A stretch of 64,000 nucleotides of DNA from Saccostrea cucullata. Lineage: Eukaryota. Position numbers and translations under genes: made by a program. The stretch is from contig NW_026925910.1 of the NCBI RefSeq assembly GCF_032062105.1, positions 124,001 through 188,000 on the forward strand, in the 5' to 3' direction. The notes under the pieces are model-generated. The model searched no databases. It had not been told where the DNA came from and was given only the letters and a program-made list of their open reading frames with translations. This document shows positions 1-10,855 of the stretch, in pieces (the first letter of the stretch is position 1; each line of letters begins with the position of its first letter).

Positions 1-82
1 CATTTAGCAGTAGATTAAATTATTCTTGGACATCTTGGGAGATACATGTAAAAATGTTCCCATATAGAATAAATCTCCACAC

Positions 83-2864
83 CTGTCTCTCTGTAAAGTC
101 ATCTGCTCCTCTCTGGCTGCCTCCTCCGGTGACTTGGTGATGGTTTGCCTGTCTTTAGAGGGCTGTATGATCCCTTCGTTAATCAGCTCCTGATATCGCT
201 GCCCTCTATTCCGACGTTTGGACTTCCTCACAGGCTGAAGGTCATTTTCTCCTTCATCATCCATTACATCACTGCTTGAATCCCCGGCCTTCTTGTAATA
301 AGGATTCACAAAAGGCTGCAAGGTGCTCATTTCTGGTGTGTCTTTAAAACCTTCAGAATAACACCTTTTTCTTTTATATCCAGACCATGCTGACATCTCA
401 TTCTTCATCATATCAGAGTCATTCAGCATAGCAGACCTTCTAGGATCCATCCATGAACTCTTAGCTGGATCCACCCCAGACCCCAGACACATCTGTTGAT
501 TAAGAAGCAACTTCCTCTCCATTTCATCCCTAGATACAGAGAGGTCATGGAGAAGTGACCTTTCCCTCTGTTTATCTGTCAGCATGGTAAACTGTCCACT
601 CCTTTGTTCCACTAGTGAATTGTCTGATTTTGAGTAATACAGCTGATCAATGATAGAGTCCATGACCATTTTTCCACAAGCTACAACAGTATTTTTGTCC
701 TCTTTCTCTGGGCTGTGTTCCTGGTCTGATCCACTCACATGCTGAGTTTGTTGAGGTAACATTCTACCAGTCTCCATATTGGTCATCTGTAAAACAAGAA
801 ATTCTATTCTATAGTATTCCAATGTATGAAATTAATGTTTAACTTTCTAAGGTCCCTGCATCTAATATTAGATGTTGTACATAATAAAGTCACCAATAAA
901 TTATATGTCCAACGATATGACGCTTAGTGCAAACTAAACCAATTTAAATGAGAGCAATAAGGCTGGTTTGATTTCAATAATAAAACAGTTGTCATGACTC
1001 ACAATGATACAAATATTACATATCCTTTATATCTGTAAATCTATAGGAATTGAGCATTCCACAACAACTATTAATGTCATAGATGGAGGAATTGCAAGAT
1101 GGACTTTCGTCAGATTAAATCATTAATTCTTATATGTCTAGACCATTTTCTCTGCATTGAAAAAAATTATGGTAATTTTTAATGTCTAGACCATTTACTC
1201 TGCATTAAAAAATGTCTAGACCATTTACTCTGCATTAAAAAAGTTATGTCAATTTTTAAAGCAAGGGGTGGACAATCCTCTGGCTTTACAACTTTGACTA
1301 ACCTTTTCTCTGGTAGGCTGCACTGCTGGGATTACAGTGGTTGGTTTGGATGGATTTTGTTGACCAGCCATAAATAACAGACTCAACCCACCCATGTCAG
1401 AAGGATCTAAAGGAACAAAATCACATATTAATTTGTGCTAGTTCTTTTCATTTCTTGTCATCTAATACCTCAGTCAAAACCAAATCTTGACATTTTTTTC
1501 ATATGAATTTTTGAATTGCCTATTATGTTTATTTTCTAAAATGAGAAATTCTTTTTATATACATAATCTCCTAAAAAATAAGTGTACCCCTATATTTCTA
1601 CCTGCTAACTTCCCAGGAGTAATTGACTGGTCAGCTCTTGAAAAGTCAAAGTTTTCATGTCCCATGCCTTTTGTTGGGGACCTTGGTAGCAGGCCAGCGG
1701 GGTGCATTCCTTTCTCTGGGTTGTGCCATTTATAATCAGGGTTGGCTTTCATAAAGGCATCCTTATACTGAAAATTAATTTTTGAAATCATTATGCAAAA
1801 TTATTTCTAAAACATAACTGGAAAAGCTCTAAAAATGTAATATAAATATTATACATATATTACCTACATGGCTTTGAGGGCAGCATACCAGAATTTCTGC
1901 CCCAAAGTGACAGGAAAGCCCTGGAGTGTTATGTTGCCCGATGCCGTAGGCAGAGGGCAACATAACACTCCAGGGCCTTTTCTGTAACCGAGGGGCAAAC
2001 ATTCTGGTATTGCTGTCCGAGAATTAAGCCATGTAATATATGATATATAACATTTTTAAACATTGAGCCCAAACCGATCATCGAACATATTTATTGAACA
2101 CTATGTACACATGTACGTTGAGTATAATTTCAAATTATCCCATCCTGTTTCATGGAAGAATGTTTTCAGTATTCTGACACTTGTGTTGATAACCTGTGTT
2201 GCATTTTAAGAATTTTACTCCTCCATTAAATTATCTAATTCTTCTGAATCCAAATAAACAAATCGCAGACGTCCCGACTTTTTAATTTTCGCGGAACTGT
2301 TAAGTTTGCTAAGCAACTGCCTCTGTGAATTTCAAACCCGACGTATTTAATATGCAGAATGATGGCACGTGAGGGAACATAACTGTGTTCAGGAGGGCAA
2401 TATAACTGTTTCCGGTGAAATATAACTATATCCGGCGTGATTCAGCAGTTTTTCTGGGCATATGGATAAAAATATCATATTTGTAATATAATGGGAAAAC
2501 TTCTTCAAAAATATTATGTAAGTCATTATAACAGTTACTTGATCACATTGAGATGACTGGTGCAGATCATCAGATCATGCAAACAAGATGCAAAGCATCA
2601 AATTTGATCTGATGATGCGCCTGTCAATGAGACATGATACGTACAGATCTTTTTTGCACTCTTTACCTGCTTGGCTAAATCTGTGTACTGTGTTTTCTCT
2701 TCCTCCTTTAGGTTTGCCCACAAATCACCAAGGATACGTGTTACATTCCGGTTGTCTAGATTTGGGTTCTTTTCTCTCACCATTGACCGATGTCGCTTGC
2801 AGAAAATAAGGAAAGCATTCATTGGCCGCCGGACCTCTTTTTTATCTGGATCAGAAGGGTCCAT
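83..2864 (-). CDS. BBX: HMG-box transcription factor BBX (bobby sox) homolog, 5' part; gene continues beyond the left window edge
   Basis: Exons 2864-2667, 1767-1602, 1406-1303 and 786-83 have GT-AG borders and consistent phases. The HMG box VRRPMNAFLIFCKRHRSMV...YTDLAKQ|YKDAFMKANPDYKW and the downstream ADPSDMGGLSLLFMAG motif match BBX-family hallmarks (human ADPTQMGGLSMLLLAG). Confidence 0.9.
1134..1260. repeat. Short tandem repeat, 3 copies of ATGTCTAGACCATTT(T/A)CTCTGCATT(G/A)AAAAA, in a BBX intron
   Basis: Three near-identical copies visible at about 1134, 1182 and 1212. Confidence 0.8.
1865..2490. mobile_element. Putative non-autonomous element with a ~170-bp palindrome (1865-2035) and related subterminal repeats
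   Basis: TACATGGCTT...AAGCCATGTA imperfect palindrome. GAGGG(C/A)A(C/A)ATAAC-type motifs recur at 2371-2430. The right boundary is approximate. Confidence 0.55.
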
Positions 2865-2968
2865 ACCTGAAGGTTGAGAAGACAATAATTAAAATATTAT
2901 TTTTATTGAAGAAAAAATTAACACAATGGCACACATATAAAGTGTCTTCAATAAAGTTTTGCAATATA

Positions 2969-3181
2969 CCGTAAATCTGGAAATTTTTACATCGATTTTA
3001 TTTTGCGAATTCGGGTCAAAATGGTGTTGATTAATTTTTATGTTTCAAAATTTTGCGAATTACCACTGCTTTGTTTACATTTTCTTATTGGTAATTTATT
3101 TTCAAGAAAAATATTTTTGCGAATGCAATGAACTCGCAAATTTGCTAAATTTATCTACAGCAAAAATTTCCAGATTTACGG
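2969..3181. mobile_element. Tc1/mariner-type MITE
   Basis: TIR CCGTAAATCTGGAAATTTTT / AAAAATTTCCAGATTTACGG, flanked by a TA target-site duplication. Confidence 0.85.
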
Positions 3182-4426
3182 TATTTGGTACAAGGTATAA
3201 TATAATACAGACTGCCTAAAAAGAGGTTATATAATGGGGGGGGCTCTCTTAATAATTTGTTTATATATACACTTTACTATAGAAAACAAATCAACTTCAT
3301 GGATGTGACCTCAGTTAATTCTTGAAGTTCTTATATTTTTTTTTATTCCTTGATTTTACATTGGCTGGTATAGTATCTGAAAATGAAAGTTTGAACACCC
3401 TCCCAAAAATGCACTTTGCACCCCATGAGCAAGCAAATTTTTATGTTTTCTTTAATTTCTTTTTCTATGTTTTCTATAGATAATATGCATGTACCAACTT
3501 ATAATGTCAAAATATATGTAAAAAAAAATTCCTGGTGAAATTAACTTGTTTGCCTTAATATTGATGTCTTATTTGTTTCGAATAAAAACAAATCAAGAAT
3601 TATAGTCAAATTATGAAAATTCATTTGTAATTGAATTGGCCAACAACTTTTTTTTAAACATAACATGCATAAGGAAAGGTGTCTCATGGACTTCCCAGAA
3701 GAAAGGGGGGTATTTTAATGACGCATGCGCAAAAGCATGACAGTCTCTGCACCTCCTTGTTTATATATTAGGCCATTGAGCCTATTTATGATTAAAAATC
3801 ACAAGATAAAGTCATGTTATACAAAATTTGCTGTCAATGACCATTTTCTCCTTAAAGCATTCGAATCATCGTGTATCAAACTGTATAACATGAAAGCGAG
3901 GTTCTGTGGGGTCAGGAGAGAAAATATAAACAAACACATCAATTTTAGCAAAATGTCAACCAGTTCCTTAATTTATAAGTTTCTATTTAAATTTCTCATC
4001 GGATTCATTTGTTTGCTACCATGTTTGTCATAATCTTTGCTGTAAAATGACCCTTCACAGATGCCTTACAAATCGAAACGACCATGTGCTTTCCAAGTCG
4101 ACAAAACATGGTGAACGCCGCTGGAAAACACGTGGCCCTATTTTGGGCCGAATCCTCCCCACGTGTAAGAGTTACAGTCCTACATATGACAGTAAAATTC
4201 TTTATTATCATTTTATTTATCAAAATGACACATCAATATACAGTTACAGTGGACGTAAAGGTGTATATTGACAAGAACAAGGTAGCTCATTATGACACTT
4301 CGACCGCATCATGTCGGCCGATCATGTGGACAGTTCTAGCTCTGTGGAATGAATCACCAAAAAATTGAATGGGAAAGTTGTGTGTCATTCAGTCAAACTT
4401 ATAAAAAGATATCAATAGACGATTAT

Positions 4427-4530
4427 CTTACTTGTCAGTTCCCGATCAGCCACCAATACCGTTAAAATGATCCCCTAAAGGACTTCCGTCAGCGTGTATC
4501 TCTCTCGCTAGGAAAGCGAACTGCGCAAGC
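4427..4530 (-). promoter_or_regulatory. Candidate BBX non-coding first exon and promoter
   Basis: Minus-strand GTAAG donor at 4431-4427, a locally CpG-richer segment and an ETS-like CGGAAGT at 4488-4482. The first coding exon begins with AG|GT ATG, so an upstream UTR exon is expected. Confidence 0.4.
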
Positions 4531-4854
4531 CATTCGAAATAGGTCAAGGTTGCACAATGTCTCAATCATTGCAAAATATTAGATTATTCACCATTCAACT
4601 CCAATATATATTGACCAAAATGTTGAATACTCTATTTATTAACTTTATAACCTGCCAATATAATTATTCTAAATGAATAAGACAAAATTCATCAAACAAC
4701 AGATACTGAAAAATTCTTGGAGCGGATCTAGGATTTTCTATTTCAAAAATGCTAGGCCTAATCAGCATACGCTAGAGACAGGTCCGTATCAGCGACAATT
4801 TCAGTTTTGGGGAACGGCCATACAGTTTTAGTTGGGGCAGTATAAATAATAAAT

Positions 4855-7313
4855 AAACCAACGAGATGGAGGGGAACTAATACACCAAATGTGCTAGACC
4901 TGATATTAACCAAGGACCCGGACACAGTAGTAGATATGGAACTACAAAGTCCTCTTGGAAAAAGTGACCACTGTGTCATCATATTCAGCTATGTGTGCAG
5001 AGTGGATGTCAAGAAAACAAAGAAGAAGAGAAAAAGTTATAGCAAAGCTGACTATGTAGGACTAAAGGGTGAAATTAAGCAGATAAATTGGAGGCATATT
5101 TTGGGGAATGGCTCTGAAAACATAGATGAAATATGGACAAAATTTCGTGGAAAGATGGAGGATCTAGAGAATAAGTATGTACCTACTTATGAAATTGGAA
5201 GGAAGAAAAACCAGCAAATTCCCTTGGATAAAGAAACTCTAAATGTCATTAAAGAGAAGAATGCCTTGGCGCGTAAGTACCTAGTACACAAAGATCCAGA
5301 TGTTAGAAGAAATTACAATCGTACTCGAAACAAAGCAGGGAAACTAGTAAGGAAGGCTAGGAAGAAATACGAAAAAAATCTAGCAAAGGAAGCAAAGAGT
5401 AATCCTAAGAGAATATGGCAGTATATCAACTCAAAGAGTAAAAGCAGACAAGGGATTGCAGATTTATGCACCGACCCTAGAGATCCGAAATCAGAAAAAA
5501 CGGATGATGATGAAACAAAAGCTAGCATTTTAGCGGATTTTTTTAGTAGTGTTTTTACCAAAGAACCAGATGGTGAAGTACCACAACTTAAAGCCAGAAA
5601 CATCCAAATTCAATGGGAACAACGTTACATAAAGGAAGAAACTGTTAAGAAAATACTCAGAGAACTTAAGGTGGACAAATCTCCAGGATTAGACAATTTT
5701 CATCCAAGGTTTTTGAAGGAACTACATGAGGAGCTGTCGGTACCACTAACTATCATATTCAATAGATCATTGGAGGAAAGAAGGGTTCCAATGGAGTGGA
5801 AAAAAGCCAGAATAAGTGCTATTTACAAGAAAGGGAACAAGTCCTTAGCAGGAAATTATAGACCTGTGAGCCTCACATCAGTCGTGTGTAAAACAATGGA
5901 AAAGGTAATGCGGGATCAGATCACTGAACACTTCACAAGGAATGATCTATTTACAACAAGGCAGTATGGTTTCATGGGAGGGAGGTCAACCGCACTACAA
6001 CTACTCAGAGTCTTAGATGAATGGACGGAGGCATTAGATCAGGGACACACCATAGATTGTATATATATGGACTATCAGAAAGCATTTGATACAGTTCCTC
6101 ATAGACGTCTTATCAGCAAGCTGAAAGCATATGGAATAGGACTTGAAACAATTCAGTGGATCCAAGACTACCTAAGGGATAGAAAACAACAGGTTACAGT
6201 GAATGGGAGAAGTTCCGAGTGGCATGATGTAACATCCGGCATCCCACAAGGCTCCGTCTTAGGACCGATATTGTTTGTAATATTCATAAACGACCTACCA
6301 GAGATCGTCGAGTCAATGGTATACCTTTTCGCAGATGATACAAAGATTTTTAAAATTGTGAAAGAAAATGTTTTTCTTTGACAAAACCTTTAGACCAGGA
6401 AACACTGCAAAGAGATCTTGAAAAACTCGCTCAGTGGAGCAACACATGGTTGTTGAAATTCCATCCTGAAAAGTGTAAATATATGCATATAGGAAAAAAG
6501 TCTTCACAAGAGGTGTCATACAAGTTATTAGGAGAATCTCTAGAGCGTGTTCAGGAAGAAAAGGACATAGGAGTAATCATCGACGAAAATTTAACCTTTG
6601 AGAAACACATATGCGAGAAAGTAAAGAAAGCCAACTCGACATTTGCCATGATTAGAAGGATATTTCAACATTTAGATGAAAATACATTCATTCCGCTCTA
6701 TAAATCTCTGGTTCGAACACACTTGGACTATGCAAGCTCAGTCTGGTTCCCATACAAAACTAAATATATTGAGATGGTGGAGGGGGTGCAAAGAAGGGCA
6801 ACAAAGCAGATACCTGGAATGTCAGATCTTACCTATTCTGAGAGACTGAAGAAACTCAAACTACCAACACTCAGCTATAGAAGACACAGAGGAGATATGA
6901 TAGAGATATATAAAATTACGAGTGGAAAATATGACACAAAAGCAGCCAACTTTGTGAAATTTAGGAGAGATCATGTAGGGAGAGAAACTGCAAGGGGGAA
7001 TTCCAAGCAACTATTAATCCAGAGAGCCAGATTAGATATCAGAAAATATAACTTCATCCTGAGAGCTGCTAAGATCTGGAACAGTCTACCAGAGGATGTT
7101 ATAAGTGCGAAAACTACTAATTCTTTCAAGCAACGTTTGGATAAACACTGGGAAAATCAAGACATTTTATATGACTATAAGGCTACAATATCCGGAAGTC
7201 ACGTAGTGAGTAATACTAAAACTGAAGTAGGATATAGGGAGTCCAATGAAGAGGATCCTTAGGGAGCCTGAATTGGAAACCAACTATAAGTAACTATAAG
7301 TAACTATAAGTAG
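4855..7313 (+). mobile_element. 5'-truncated CR1-clade LINE: C-terminus of the APE endonuclease plus RT ORF2, one frameshift
   Basis: Motifs PTRWRG..NVLDLILT, LGKSDH, NYRPVSLTS, DYQKAFDTVPH, GIPQGSVLGP, LFADDTK. ORFs 4891-6381 and 6378-7262 join if 6361-6380 is removed. 3' tail of (TAACTATAAG)n at 7281-7313. Confidence 0.93.
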
Positions 7314-7620
7314 TATCAACTATCGAAAATTCCTTGACAATCCAAACAAGAGGCTCATGGACTTTATATGGTAGGTCACCTGGAGCATCATACAACATTT
7401 CTCCAACAATTGATTCATGTCAAGTTTTAATTAACCACAGCCCATGACATTCACGATTTTGAAAGAGGCACCATATATTGCTCATCATAACTATTTACTA
7501 AGCATGTTTAATTTGGTTACTTTTACTTTAGGCAGAGTAGGGGAACAATCATGAAAAAATGCAATGCAATTACAACTAACCAGTAATACTAGTATTCAGC
7601 AATAACCATGCAGTAGTGGC

Positions 7621-8201
7621 TGGGTACTACTAAACAGAGTACGCTAGCGTACGATAGCGTACTTTAGAGTACGCTAGAAAAATTATGTTATTTAATGCAA
7701 TTAAATTGTTTATTTATGTATGTACAACTTGATTAAACATTATGATAAACTTATATTGCAATATTTGTTTCAAATATTTGTTATTAGCGATATTTTGACA
7801 AGAAAATAACATCCATAATTCAACGCATTAAAGATTACTAATACCCCAGTCTCGATTTCTGTTTTGTTTCAGACTTACTTACTAAAGACTTACATCTAAA
7901 TTTCATCAAATATTAAATTAATTGCATAAGTATATATTTTGCACATTCACATTGAGGCATTTCAACATGTTCAAGTTAAATTAGATCGGGATTAAACGAT
8001 AAATCGTAACCTGAAATCAAACATTGAAATAACTCCCTAAAAATAAGAAAACATACAAATTTTATTTAAGATATATATTCAATATGTTAAACTAAAGTAG
8101 AAAAACATAGAAAAAGTAGTTTAACTGCATTAGATTATAAAATATTACTAGCGTACTTTAAAGTACTCTATCGTACTAGCGTACTCTGTTTAGTAGGACC
8201 G
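7621..8201. mobile_element. Non-autonomous DNA transposon (hAT-like, 8-bp TSD)
   Basis: ~26-bp TIR GG..CTACTAAACAGAGTACGCTAG plus subterminal GTACGCTAG repeats. Flanks GTAGTGGC / GTAGTGCC. Confidence 0.75.
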
Positions 8202-8660
8202 GTAGTGCCTCACCCCACAGCAACCCCTGACCCTAGGTCCACATATTTTACAATTTTTGAAAAAAGCACCCTTGCTCATCAAAATTTTTGATTAATATCA
8301 AAGAGCGCTGAGATTTCAAAGCATTAATTCATTTTCATTTTTCAGTATTCAATTAGATCCCCCACTTTATGCCACGGTACCCCTGACCCCGGGGGCCTTT
8401 AAATTCACAATTCTGGAAGTTTTGTTAGTAGTTCATCTGCTTAATAGTAATACTCGGAAACAGAGGAGAAATTTATCAAAAAATTATAATGAATTTTCAC
8501 TATATAATTTAAATACTGTAGCCCCTCCCCAACACCAGGACCCCTGACTCTGGGCCCATGGAATTTCTTAATTTCAGAAGAGGCTCCCTTCTTCTTCAAA
8601 ATTATGCAGGCCTACATGCGCGGACACCCCCTCCCCCCTGGAATTTGCAGAGTTATTAAT

Positions 8661-10135
8661 TTTATATTTGTTTATTTATTTATTCACCAATCAAGGGCCC
8701 TCGGGGGGGGGGGGGGCATATACAATTAAAAAAACAATATAATCATTATTATAACAACATTAACATGTAATTGTTGCATCAAGTGCAAAATTGGCTTGAT
8801 CCTCACATGCAAAAGTTCTCAGATTTGAAATACTGGTATATAATTCACAATGAAATATAAGCATCACAATAATACAATATAAAGAAAAAACCAAGCTGCT
8901 TTACACTTCAATGACCAGACGAATAAAAGCAAACAAGTACACTAATAATAAATTTACTCCTATTATTACAAAAAGTACATATTTTGCTGGCCTGGCAGCA
9001 TGGGGCACCAAGGCCCGATGCCTATTGAGCAGTCTGGAACAATGGAACTCTGAAAAACCAGCTTGCTCGGTCTTGTACCCTAAGCAACCAAGACAGCTTA
9101 CAGGAGGAAAACTTGATTTGTTGGCCTGACTACTTGGGGCACCAAGGGACGGTGCCTATTGAACCATATGACACTACAGACTGTCGGTCTTGTACCCCAA
9201 GTAGCCAAGACAGCTTGAGGGTATAAAAAATCCTAGTATATAACTTGAAATGTAATGCATAAAGATACAATTCTTCAGAAATCAGATTTCATTTCTGAAT
9301 CATTTTACAAATTTGAGTAAGAATTTCAACATTTTCATTGGTAATTAACCATATTAGTTTTTGGTCATTGTCCATCTTATCAAAATTCTTACAATATTTA
9401 TCTATCATCTTATTCAAAATAGCCCTTTCTTCCTTTACAAGTCTACATATAAAGAATAAAAAATGTTTTTCATCATCAACCTTATTGTTACATCTTTGAC
9501 AAAACCTTTCATGTCGAGGAATGTTTTGGTATCGTCCTCTTTCAATTTGGAGTCCATGGGCTGATATTCGAAAGCGTATTAAATTAAATTTCTTCTATGT
9601 TCAAAGTTTTTAATTAATCTTAAATACTGTAAATCACTTTTTATTCGCGAGAACTTTATTTTCGCGTAATTACGCGAGACGGTATGCTCGCGAAAATTTC
9701 ATTCTCTCGTATAATAGAATTACCACAATTCGTGAAAATTTTGTCTCGCTAATACAGAGTCAGTAACTTTCTCGCGAAAATAAGATGTCGTGAAAATTAA
9801 GTGACCTACAGTAGTTCTCAAAGCCAAAATTTTGTTTAAAGGTGCAGAAGTTTCTTACCTTTTTGTCAGACTTTAGTCCGAGATGAAAATGGCGTTCTTT
9901 GATGTAGTGTTTAAGTAAACAGTTCCTAATGACAGTTTTAATTTTATTTGTTTTTACTGAAGACAAATCTTTAATTCCAATGATATTAGAAAGAAAAAAG
10001 TTGATTGAGCCATACCATGAAGATGCGTTTTGCTTAAAAAGTAAATTTGATTTAGAGAAAGCATTATGCAATAAAGTAAATGATCGGACAAGATGTTCTA
10101 CTCTGTGCCAGTAACCTAGCATGCTTTTAATATGT
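8661..10135 (-). mobile_element. 5'-truncated RTE-X-like non-LTR retrotransposon remnant (ORF2 C-terminus plus 3' UTR)
   Basis: Minus-strand translation gives LGYWHR...FKQNFGFENY|LRLIKNFEHRR...RFRISAHGLQIERGRY...ERFCQRC..VDDEKHFLFFIC, a C-terminal Zn-knuckle-like motif. Stop near 9289; (TAAA)n tail at about 8661-8685. The clade assignment is from motif recognition only. Confidence 0.75.
9627..9811. mobile_element. Tc1/mariner-type MITE nested in the RTE-X-like remnant
   Basis: TIR CTGTA(AA/GG)TCACTT with TA TSD. Removing it restores the host frame FENY|LRLIK. Confidence 0.85.
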
Positions 10136-10855
10136 CAAAGTGCAGGAGAAATACTAGCTATAGACCAATTAAAAACCTTGGACCCCCCTAGAAGACGTAG
10201 GTATGAAAAGTCAAAGGTACATGTATGAAGAAGATTTGGAAGTGAACGACTAAGCCATGTTTGGTCAATATTTATATGGAAGCATCCTCAGGTAGTGTAG
10301 ATTCAAGTTTGCTCAAATCATGCATGACCCCTGGGGGTAGGGTGGGACCACAATAGACGAATACAATCAGGAGTGTCGAATATGCACATCGAAATCGTCA
10401 AACATTCACTAGCGTCTGGAGCCCCGCCCCCCACTACGGCTTTGCAAAATCCACTGCCTACTCAGATGTCCACATCAAAAATACACCATGGCTACGCCTT
10501 TCAAGGACCTCCCTTTCAAATCGCTACTTCAGATATATTTTTCATCGCTACTGGTACGGGGGGGGGGTATTTGCATAAATGGAGCGGGGGCATACATTCA
10601 TTAATTAAGTTTCAGAGGAAGTAAAGTTAATTAAGAAGACCAACCTAGAAAAGGTCGCAATTATTTCATCTGCGTCTTTTAAGCAGGAAATGTTGATGGA
10701 TAAGGTAAAATATGTTAAATATAAACCCTGTAAATTAGAACTGAGGGATGTGTTACGCATCGAGACGCCCAAGTAAACGCCTTAACGAGAACAAAGTCTT
10801 AAAATGAAATAGTCTTCCCATCTCAGACCATTTTTTCAGGGCCTATAGCTGCATC

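Noticed and set aside
6361-6381. Programmed ribosomal frameshift between the two LINE ORFs
   Set aside because: A 20-nt insertion explains the break exactly, and CR1 ORF2 is normally one continuous frame.
8989-9216. Assignment as a hammerhead, HDV-like or twister ribozyme
   Set aside because: It lacks the CUGANGA/GAAA core, the HDV P3/L3 arrangement and the twister conserved nucleotides. It is kept only as an unclassified structured motif.
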